Assembly (NCBI GenBank): GCA_046293575.1
Contig: JBKBOP010000001.1
Coordinates: 1-45,703 of the forward strand
Reading direction: 5' to 3'
Source: Flavobacterium sp.
GTDB lineage: Bacteria; Bacteroidota; Bacteroidia; Flavobacteriales; Flavobacteriaceae
DNA: 45,703 nucleotides
Shown: positions 1 to 7,375 of the stretch, one piece after another
Position numbering within the stretch: position 1 is the first letter of the stretch
How the letters are laid out: each line of letters opens with the position of its first letter
Program-made: the position numbers and the translations under genes
Notes under the pieces: model-generated
The model's database searches: none
What the model saw: the letters and a program-made list of their open reading frames with translations, nothing else
Told to the model about the DNA's origin: nothing

Positions 1-970
1 GAATAAAATGATTTACAAAAAGTTCTAAATCTTGATGACGTTCCCGAAGGGGTGGCACGAGTATTTTAAATTCATTAAGACGGTGATAGAGGTCTTCTCT
101 AAACGTTCCCTCCTCCACTTTAGTCAAAAGGTCTTCGTTGGTGGCAGCTAGTATCCGAATATCTACTGAAACAGGTTGTGTCTTCCCCAAGGGTTGCACC
201 ACCCTTTCTTGAATCACCCGAAGTAAAGCCACTTGAATTTCATAACTCAAGTTTCCAATTTCATCTAAAAATAAGGTGCCTTGTTGGGCTTGTTCAAAAA
301 CACCTTTATGGTCTTGCACCGCACCGGTAAAAGCTCCTTTGGCATGCCCAAAAAGGGTACTAAAAGCAAGTTCTTTGCTCAATGCTCCACAATCTACGGC
401 AATAAAGGGATGTGAGGCTGCAACCCCTTTGTTGTGAATAGTTCGAGCCACGTGTTCTTTTCCCGTACCGCTTTCGCCTTGAATTAAAACCGAAATGGGT
501 GTGGGAGCTACTAATGCAATCATTTGTTGTAATTGATAAGCTTCATCAGATATGCCTTCAACCCATTCTGGCTGAGGAATTGATGTTACATCACTTTCTG
601 AATCTTTACCAAAATTTACAATTGCCTGTTTAATGGCGTGCAGTAATTCTTCTTGGTGAACTGGTTTCAAAATGTAATCTGAAACTCCTGAACGCATGGC
701 GGCTACGGCTGTTCGCACATCGTTGAAACTGGTCATCATGAGAATTGGATACGACTTTCCTTCTTTTGATAGAGACGCTACCACGTCAAGACCCGTTCCA
801 TCTGGCAAACGATAATCTAACAATAACAAATCAAAATTTTGACTTTTAAGCAATTTCATGGCTTGTTGTACAGAATGTACCACTTCAATCTCGAAGCCAT
901 GTCGCTTTAAATAAGATTGAAGTATTTTGGTGAAAGTAATATCGTCGTCTAAAAGCAATATGCTTTTCAT
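1..970 (-). CDS. Sigma54-dependent (NtrC-family) response regulator, 3' end truncated by window edge
   Basis: Not in ORF track. Manual translation from ATG at 970: MKSILLLDDD...LLLDYRLPDG (receiver), GESGTGKE (Walker A), GHAKGAFTGA, LFLDEIG (Walker B), FREDLYHRL; open to position 1. Confidence 0.93.
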   Translation of the reverse strand, partial: MKSILLLDDDITFTKILQSYLKRHGFEIEVVHSVQQAMKLLKSQNFDLLLLDYRLPDGTGLDVVASLSKEGKSYPILMMTSFNDVRTAVAAMRSGVSDYILKPVHQEELLHAIKQAIVNFGKDSESDVTSIPQPEWVEGISDEAYQLQQMIALVAPTPISVLIQGESGTGKEHVARTIHNKGVAASHPFIAVDCGALSKELAFSTLFGHAKGAFTGAVQDHKGVFEQAQQGTLFLDEIGNLSYEIQVALLRVIQERVVQPLGKTQPVSVDIRILAATNEDLLTKVEEGTFREDLYHRLNEFKILVPPLRERHQDLELFVNHFI

Positions 971-1087
971 GGGCAAAATCTTGTTTTAACAAAAATAAAC
1001 AAGATGAAGTTGATGTCTTGGTAGATGGTCATAAACCTTTGTTAAATCAAAGTAAGAATACCAATAGTTTAGGAAAGTATGTTCCTT

Positions 1088-1849
1088 TCATCCTAACCAA
1101 TTTTTAAACTCTCCAACCCGCTCACGACTCACGATGATTTCTTCCTCTTTGTAGGATTTCAAAGTCAGCTTTAATCTAGAATTACTATACACCACAATAT
1201 CTTTAATGGCACGTAATGAAATGATAAATTTTCTATTGATTCTAAAAAACTTGTGAGGGTCTACTTCTTTTTCTAAACTTTCAAGAGTGGTGTCCAGAAG
1301 ATAATTTCTACCCTCAAAAGTATGAATATAAGTACCCTTATGTTCACTGTAGAAAACCTCTACATCCTCAATGCTGACTATCTTAAGATGTTCACCCACT
1401 TTGATACTAAATCTTTTTTTAAAGGATGGTTCTTGCGGTTGGGCAAACATGTTTCGAATCATTTCAATATCAATCCCACCTATAGGTTGAGTTTGATTTC
1501 GAGTTTTAAATTTATCGATGGCTTGTTGCAAGTCATCTTCATCAATGGGTTTTAGTAAATAATCAATACTGTTGAGTTTAAAAGCCCGTAATGCATATTC
1601 ATCATAGGCCGTGGTAAATATTACCGCACTGTTGATTTTTACACTCTCGAAAATTTCAAAAGACAATCCGTCAGATAGTTGAATATCAAGAAATATCAAA
1701 TCTGGGTGAGGGTTATTTTCAAACCAAGTGACCGCTTCAGCCACAGAATGAAGCATAACTTCAACTGTGAGTTGTTGCTTTTGAAGCTTTCGTTGCAACA
1801 GTCGAGCCGCAGGTTTTTCGTCTTCAATGATGATGGCTTTGATTAACAT
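1088..1849 (-). CDS. LytTR-family DNA-binding response regulator
   Basis: Receiver (IIEDE, FLDIQL, FTTAYD, YLLKP) plus LytTR domain (FFRINRKFII, VSRERV). Confidence 0.95.
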   Translation of the reverse strand: MLIKAIIIEDEKPAARLLQRKLQKQQLTVEVMLHSVAEAVTWFENNPHPDLIFLDIQLSDGLSFEIFESVKINSAVIFTTAYDEYALRAFKLNSIDYLLKPIDEDDLQQAIDKFKTRNQTQPIGGIDIEMIRNMFAQPQEPSFKKRFSIKVGEHLKIVSIEDVEVFYSEHKGTYIHTFEGRNYLLDTTLESLEKEVDPHKFFRINRKFIISLRAIKDIVVYSNSRLKLTLKSYKEEEIIVSRERVGEFKNWLG

Positions 1850-1869
1850 AATGAATGGTTTTTAGGTTA

Positions 1870-2181
1870 TTATTCCCATTTATTGCTTTTTTCTTTGTCC
1901 ATGAACTCTTTGATTTTACGTTCTTCCCAGTTCTTTCCCAGCAAAAGATCAGGTCCAAAAACAGAGGCTGCATGTGCAAACAAACCAATTCCCCAAAAAA
2001 ACAAGGTGGTGAAATTTCTCCAATCATAAAAAGAGGCAGATGCTTCAAGGTTTTGGTACCTAACGAACAACAGAAAACTATTGATGACAACATACACCAA
2101 CAAATGAATGTAGAAGTCTTTTATTTTTCCGACTCTTTTTTTGGCGGCTTCGTATTTGATTTTTTCATTTACATTTTCCAT
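1870..2181 (-). CDS. 2TM-domain membrane protein
   Basis: YEAAKKRV..IKDFYIHL..WGIGLFAHA..WEERKIKE pattern. Start placed at ATG 2181, just after the kinase stop (track start 2193). Confidence 0.85.
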   Translation of the reverse strand: MENVNEKIKYEAAKKRVGKIKDFYIHLLVYVVINSFLLFVRYQNLEASASFYDWRNFTTLFFWGIGLFAHAASVFGPDLLLGKNWEERKIKEFMDKEKSNKWE

Positions 2182-2183
2182 GA

Positions 2184-3542
2184 TTATTCCCATTTAGTGT
2201 TATTGTTTAATTGATTTTCTTTTTCAAGAATTTCTCTGATTTTTCGTTCTTCCCAAGTTCTACCATAACCAAAAACTCCGAAGGCATGAAAACTGAGCCC
2301 AATGCCCCACCCTATCATGGGAAACCAAAACCATTGAAAGTCCCAATAGGTTTTGTAATTGATGAAAATTAGAATGGGAATAACAAACAGATAGGATAAC
2401 AGATTTCCATAAAATTCTTTGATTTCCTTGACTCTTTTTTGTGCTCTCATATAAGCATCGACTTCGTTATAGCTATTATTTTTCATAAGATGTAATGGTT
2501 TGGTTAGTAGTGGTAATTTTACTTTAAAATAAGTGTCGTCCTGTTCTACTCTTACATTTTTCTCTGTAAGGATGGCATACCGATTGACGATATTTTGGAG
2601 TCCTACTCCTTTTCTGTTTTGTAACACTTCCTTTTTTTGAAAGTTATTGGAAACCACCAAATACCCGTTTTCTATGGTGATGGAAATATGCAAAGGTTGG
2701 GTATCACTCACAATATTGTGTTTGATGGTGTTTTCAAGCAATAACTGAAGAGAAAGTGGAACCACTTTGGCTTCTTCTGAAGGACTCAATTCAGGTAGTG
2801 AATAGGTCAAGCTGTTTTCAAAACGCATGGCAAGAAGTTGCATGTAGGTTTTAGCAAAGTTTAATTCTTCTTCCAAAGGCACAAGTTCTTTGTCTTTTTG
2901 CTCCAGCACATATCGGTAGATTTTAGATAACGATGTGGTAAATTTTTGAGCATTATCTGGATTTTCTTCAATTAAAGAACTCAACACATTTAGGCTATTG
3001 AACAAAAAATGGGGGTCAATCTGATTTTTTAAACTCTCAAACTGAGCCGAAACATTTCCAGCAATGAGCTTTTGTTCTTTGACTTTATTTTCTTGAGCTT
3101 TTTTATAGAAGTAAACTGTATGGAATACTAATGAAATAACCATAGTAACAATCAAGGCAACAACATAGAATCTAAATTGTTCATTTTTAAGAAATACTTC
3201 CACCGCTTGATTTTCAAAAACTGTATTGATAATAAATCGGATAAAGAAAATACCCAACATGGTGAGGAAAATACTTCCTAAAGCTCCGATTAGTATTCTG
3301 AAACGTTCCCATTTTGGAGTCCATTCTACTTTGTTATTTAAGTAATCAAAAAAGGAGGCATTGATTAAAGTGAGTACAACTCCATAAAAAATATAATAGC
3401 CAATCTCTTGAATCATTTCAGGATTCCAAGTTATTTTTCTTCCGAAAATGTATTCGAGTGACATCAAGGCTATAGCAACTATAATCCCTATGATGATTCC
3501 CTTAAATAGAATTTGAAAGAAGTATTGAATTGCTTTTTGCAT
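2184..3542 (-). CDS. LytS/YehU-type sensor histidine kinase with C-terminal 2TM domain
   Basis: N-terminal TM helices; LKNQIDPHFLFNSLN H-box; LQLLLENTIKHN; GVGLQNI; C-terminal 2TM repeat. Confidence 0.92.
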   Translation of the reverse strand: MQKAIQYFFQILFKGIIIGIIVAIALMSLEYIFGRKITWNPEMIQEIGYYIFYGVVLTLINASFFDYLNNKVEWTPKWERFRILIGALGSIFLTMLGIFFIRFIINTVFENQAVEVFLKNEQFRFYVVALIVTMVISLVFHTVYFYKKAQENKVKEQKLIAGNVSAQFESLKNQIDPHFLFNSLNVLSSLIEENPDNAQKFTTSLSKIYRYVLEQKDKELVPLEEELNFAKTYMQLLAMRFENSLTYSLPELSPSEEAKVVPLSLQLLLENTIKHNIVSDTQPLHISITIENGYLVVSNNFQKKEVLQNRKGVGLQNIVNRYAILTEKNVRVEQDDTYFKVKLPLLTKPLHLMKNNSYNEVDAYMRAQKRVKEIKEFYGNLLSYLFVIPILIFINYKTYWDFQWFWFPMIGWGIGLSFHAFGVFGYGRTWEERKIREILEKENQLNNNTKWE

Positions 3543-3570
3543 GACATTTAGGTTAAAAGTTGGACTAATT

Positions 3571-4191
3571 CTAGTTGCAATCTGCTACAATTTTTTGTGC
3601 CCTATCTAGTCCCCAATTGGGGTGCAATGGGCTTTCAGGTTTAAAAGTAGCAAAAAGTTCGATGGCTTTTTTCATTTGAGCACACAAAGGTTTTATATCA
3701 TTTCCATAAAAACGAGCAGCCCCCATTTCAAATTCTGTTTTACTCAAAAGTACTCTTGGGTTTTCTGGAGCGATAGCTTGTGCTTTACTATATATTTCCA
3801 TTACTTTTCCTGAGAGTTTCACACCATTGGTCATGGGGTCAAAATTAATCCATGCTGTATAAATCATGGCTTGCATCACCAACAGTTCAGTATGATTGGG
3901 TTGTTTTTTTAATTCGACCTCAAGGGCGGCTTGTGCTTTATTCAACAGAGCATCCACTTGATTTTTTTCTGTGGTTCCAAATGCGGTGGTGGTGTTGACC
4001 ATAGCCACATAGTAGTTAGGGAGCCATTGGTCTTTTTCAGCAGCTGCAATGCGTTCAAAAAGTGATGAGGCTTCGGTATTTTTGCCTTCACTCCAAAGTG
4101 AAAGGGCTTTTCCCATACCTTCCTCAAAGGAGTTTTGTCCGAAAATGGCTGAGCTAATTAACACTGCTAGGGCAATAATTACTTTTGTCAT
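3571..4191 (-). CDS. Exported helical/TPR-like hypothetical protein
   Basis: Sec signal peptide, all-helical pattern (KAQAIAPENPR), ends P.WG motif; sits between TonB receptor and kinase. Confidence 0.8.
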   Translation of the reverse strand: MTKVIIALAVLISSAIFGQNSFEEGMGKALSLWSEGKNTEASSLFERIAAAEKDQWLPNYYVAMVNTTTAFGTTEKNQVDALLNKAQAALEVELKKQPNHTELLVMQAMIYTAWINFDPMTNGVKLSGKVMEIYSKAQAIAPENPRVLLSKTEFEMGAARFYGNDIKPLCAQMKKAIELFATFKPESPLHPNWGLDRAQKIVADCN

Positions 4192-4238
4192 GATGAATTA
4201 ATTTTAGTTAATAATTTTGTTTGTTCTGTTATACCATT

Positions 4239-4309
4239 CAAAATTGGGGCATTCTATATTGTTATGAAAAATATTGTTACTGAGTTGTCATTACAAAGGG
4301 ATGAATTGT
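4239..4309 (-). promoter_or_regulatory. Candidate LytTR-activated promoter (direct repeats plus CAnnTTTG -7 element)
   Basis: + strand ACTGAGTTGT (4279-4288) N11 GATGAATTGT (4300-4309); CAATTTTG on minus strand at 4246-4239, 32 nt from the proximal repeat. Confidence 0.75.
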
Positions 4310-4326
4310 AGTAGTAATCCATTTGA

Positions 4327-6480
4327 TTATAAATTATTAAGTTGATTGGTTTTTTTATTGTCGCTGATGGTCCAAAAGAATCCCACAAAAAAGAACCTAT
4401 CCGCAGGTTGACCAATCGCTCTTCGTGGTAATTGTCCGCTAGCATCTGGGTTATTGGCATATTGATACCCAAAAACATTGTCGGTTCCTACTATATTGGA
4501 GACAGAGAAGTATAAAATCTTTTGCTGTGAAATCAAATAAGCCCAATTAAAACTTAAGTTTTGAAAGGGTTTGGTTTGTCCGTTCATGAAAGTCGATTCA
4601 TTGGGGTTGTTATACGGTCTGCCCGAATTTACCGAATATGAAAAACCAATTTGTGAGGTGAGTGACTCGATCCAATGTTTGGTTACAATTGAAAAATTAT
4701 GTTCAGCGATAAAAGAAGGTGTTGCTTGGGTTGGGAAATTCAAATAATCCCTCTCAGAATCAATATAGGAATACGAAACCCAATATTCAGTTCTTTTTAT
4801 GGTTTTGTTATCCCTCCAAAACACATCAATACCTTTTGCAAAACCATCGCCATTGTTATTGAAATTGCTATTAAATTGTGGTCTTTCTGTATTGAATTTT
4901 ACTAGATTATCATACTCTTTGTGGTAGGCTTCCACTCTAAATAGCCTTCCTTCCGTTTGGTGTTGGTAATTCAAAATATAATGTTGGGCTCTTTCCGAAT
5001 TCAACTCTTGATTAAACTTAATAAAATCAGGGTTGGGCATTTGCACAAAATCTCCATAGGCCAATGAAAATTGACTGTTTTTAGAAATTTTATACGCCAT
5101 TGAAACTCTTGGAGTCACATACGATTCGTGTAGTAAATCATTGTGGGAAGCTCTCACTCCTACTTTCATGACCAATTTTTTACTGAAGAAGACATCAGAT
5201 TCAATAAACATTGCTCCTAAATTGGTTTCAAAATTTAGCGGGAATTCTGGACCTGCACCAGAAATAAATTTCTCATTGAAATGAGTGAAGAAATAATCAA
5301 CTCCCGCATGAAATTTTATTCTTTCTGAAAACCTTCTGGTAAGTTTTAATTTCAGATGAAAGGCATTTTCACTTGTATTTACTTTATCTTCTAGAATTGA
5401 TATTTTATTAGCATTGATACCATAGCTCATACCTGTATGAACATTCCATCTTTCACCAAGAGTTCCTTTGTAGGTAAGATTTCCATAAAGATTTTTATTT
5501 TTTAATTCAAATCTAACTTTATCTGTTCTATTAATATCCTCTTGATTAATGTCTAAAATGGTGACGTCAAATGCGGTGTAGGCTTTTAGAAGTCCGTTTT
5601 TAAATTGATAACGATAGACCAATTCTCCACCCATGGATTGTACGGGTTTGTTCCAATCTACCGCCTGTGGTATAATTCTTTGATATGGTTCCAAATTGAT
5701 ATAGGAAAGGTTAAAGGTTATTGACTGTTTTTCCCATTTTTTAGTTTTTCCCAAGCCCAATCCCACCGTCATCAACGATATATCAGTTTGATTTTGAATC
5801 GGTTCATCGATAGTGTTTAAGGACAAAATACTAGATAAAGCTTCCCCATACTCCGCACTATATCCACCTGTTGAAAAAGAAACCCCATTGAATAAAAAAG
5901 GTGAAAATCTACTACGGGTGGGGAGGTTATTGGCTGTTGGCCCATAAGGTTGTGCAACTCTAACACCATCTATAAAAGTTTGGGTTTCGTTGGCTTCACC
6001 CCCTCTCACAAAAAGTCGTCCATCTTCTCCCACTGTTTGTGTTCCAGGTAAGGTGGTCAAAGCTCCAATAATATCACCTGCGGCACCGGCAGTGGTCACT
6101 ATATCGAGAGGTTTTAAAACGGATACTCTTGATTTGTCTCCTGCTTCAAAAGTGCCTGCAGTTAATACAACGGCATCAAGGGTATTCACACTTTCTTTTA
6201 ATTTCACCTCAATATTCTTGAATGTAGAGACTTCTGCTGTTTTTTTATAGGTTTCAAAGGACAGAAAGCTAATCACAAGTGTTTGTTGTCCTGTTGCGGA
6301 AGACTTGAATCTAAAATTCCCATTTTCATCAGTTGAGGCTCCATCATAAGTACCTTCAAGATACACATTAGCACCAGAAATTCCCTCAGACTGAGAATCA
6401 AATACTCGACCCGAAATCTCCGTTTGAGACCAAGAATAAAAAACAAAAAACAGAAATAAAATGGATACAATTGTTTTCAT
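4327..6480 (-). CDS. TonB-dependent outer-membrane receptor (CarboxypepD_reg-like N-domain, plug, barrel)
   Basis: Signal peptide MKTIVSILFLFFVFYSWSQ from ATG 6480; GANVYLEGTYDG, LDAVVLTAG, LPG..RGG plug, GGYSAEYG. Track start 6627 is an over-extension. Confidence 0.92.
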   Translation of the reverse strand: MKTIVSILFLFFVFYSWSQTEISGRVFDSQSEGISGANVYLEGTYDGASTDENGNFRFKSSATGQQTLVISFLSFETYKKTAEVSTFKNIEVKLKESVNTLDAVVLTAGTFEAGDKSRVSVLKPLDIVTTAGAAGDIIGALTTLPGTQTVGEDGRLFVRGGEANETQTFIDGVRVAQPYGPTANNLPTRSRFSPFLFNGVSFSTGGYSAEYGEALSSILSLNTIDEPIQNQTDISLMTVGLGLGKTKKWEKQSITFNLSYINLEPYQRIIPQAVDWNKPVQSMGGELVYRYQFKNGLLKAYTAFDVTILDINQEDINRTDKVRFELKNKNLYGNLTYKGTLGERWNVHTGMSYGINANKISILEDKVNTSENAFHLKLKLTRRFSERIKFHAGVDYFFTHFNEKFISGAGPEFPLNFETNLGAMFIESDVFFSKKLVMKVGVRASHNDLLHESYVTPRVSMAYKISKNSQFSLAYGDFVQMPNPDFIKFNQELNSERAQHYILNYQHQTEGRLFRVEAYHKEYDNLVKFNTERPQFNSNFNNNGDGFAKGIDVFWRDNKTIKRTEYWVSYSYIDSERDYLNFPTQATPSFIAEHNFSIVTKHWIESLTSQIGFSYSVNSGRPYNNPNESTFMNGQTKPFQNLSFNWAYLISQQKILYFSVSNIVGTDNVFGYQYANNPDASGQLPRRAIGQPADRFFFVGFFWTISDNKKTNQLNNL

Positions 6481-6498
6481 AGTATAGTGATTATGAAA

Positions 6499-6569
6499 CA
6501 AAGTTGATCCAATCCAATGCAGACAAAAAAAGAAAACTACCGAGTTGTAGAAATGTGAAGATGAATTGT
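6499..6569 (-). promoter_or_regulatory. Candidate LytTR-activated promoter of the TonB receptor
   Basis: + strand ACCGAGTTGT (6539-6548) N11 GATGAATTGT (6560-6569); CAACTTTG on minus strand at 6506-6499, again 32 nt from the proximal repeat. Confidence 0.75.
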
Positions 6570-6580
6570 TGGTTAGAATA

Positions 6581-6652
6581 AAATAAAAAGGTGCGATAAA
6601 CGCACCTTTTTGCCTCAAATCAACCATAAACTTAACCTACTTATGCTATGGT
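6581..6652 (-). ncRNA. Candidate small RNA 1 (~70 nt, GGUUAA loop)
   Basis: CATGTTTG -7-like element at 6664-6657; 5' stem ACCAUA/UAUGGU enclosing GCAUAAGUAGGUUAAGUU; terminator at 3' end; no credible CDS. Confidence 0.55.
6585..6611. terminator. Intrinsic terminator hairpin (potentially bidirectional); ends candidate sRNA-1
   Basis: AAAAAGGTGCG-ATAAA-CGCACCTTTTT. Confidence 0.85.
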
Positions 6653-6742
6653 GATGCAAACATGCGATTATGAATTGTTTTCAAAAAAATAAATCGTTGT
6701 AATGTCAATATAATCGACAGTCATCCAATGTAGTATCACAAT

Positions 6743-6835
6743 AAAAAAACCACCGCCATAGCTGGGGTGGTTTAAGCATAGGTAATATTGGGGCATTACC
6801 GGCTGCATCAGTATTAACCCAAACCAGGGCAGCCG
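6743..6835 (-). ncRNA. Candidate small RNA 2 (~92 nt, three hairpins)
   Basis: CATATTTG at 6846-6839; stem CGGCUGC/GCAGCCG with loop containing GGUUUGGGUUAA; stem GGUAAU/AUUACC with GCCCCAAU loop; terminator AAACCACCCCA-GCUA-UGGCGGUGG followed by U7. Confidence 0.6.
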
Positions 6836-6938
6836 ATACAAATATGCAGAATCTGTCTACAAAAGGAAAATTTAATCGACAAAAGGTATGTTTTAAAAAT
6901 AATTATATTTTATTTCTTACAAAATAAGAAAAAAACCA

Positions 6939-7349
6939 TTATAATAATTCTTGTTCTTCAAGAATCTTTTGTATAACTTCAAGATTTAATGGCTTTTCAA
7001 GATATCCATTTACTTCAGAATAACTATTCGCTTTTATTCTATCATCTGGTGCAATGGAAGAACTCACCATGTAGATGGGTATAGATTTGTTTGATTTTTT
7101 TTGAAGTATTAAAAAAGACTCTAGAAATTCCCAGCCGTCCATGATGGGCATCTCAATATCCAGCAATAATAAATCAGGCCATGATTCTCCAAGTTGTTCT
7201 GATAAAGACTCATAGGCATAAATCCCATCTAAAAACTCAAGCACTTTAATATTTTCATCAATTTTGCTAATGAGCTTTGATGTTATAATTTGATAAATTT
7301 TATCGTTATCAATAACCGCTATTTTGACAGGCTTGGAATACATAATCAA
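6939..7349 (-). CDS. Single-domain (CheY-like) response regulator
   Basis: VIDND, LLLDIEMPIMDGWEFL, MVSSS, YLEKP; no output domain. Confidence 0.92.
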   Translation of the reverse strand: MIMYSKPVKIAVIDNDKIYQIITSKLISKIDENIKVLEFLDGIYAYESLSEQLGESWPDLLLLDIEMPIMDGWEFLESFLILQKKSNKSIPIYMVSSSIAPDDRIKANSYSEVNGYLEKPLNLEVIQKILEEQELL

Positions 7350-7375
7350 GCCCTAAATTACGACTTAATTTGTAA

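Noticed and set aside
7-69. Apparent end of a + strand gene at the window start
   Set aside because: An in-frame stop at 4-6 precedes it, and the region is coding on the minus strand (sigma54 activator).
6481-6627. 49-aa N-terminal extension of the TonB receptor ORF
   Set aside because: It runs through a terminator and the promoter boxes; the signal peptide starts at ATG 6480.
6581-6835. Riboswitch/attenuator leader for the TonB receptor
   Set aside because: No known aptamer consensus recognised, each unit has its own promoter-like element and terminator, and the receptor has its own promoter downstream. Not fully excluded.
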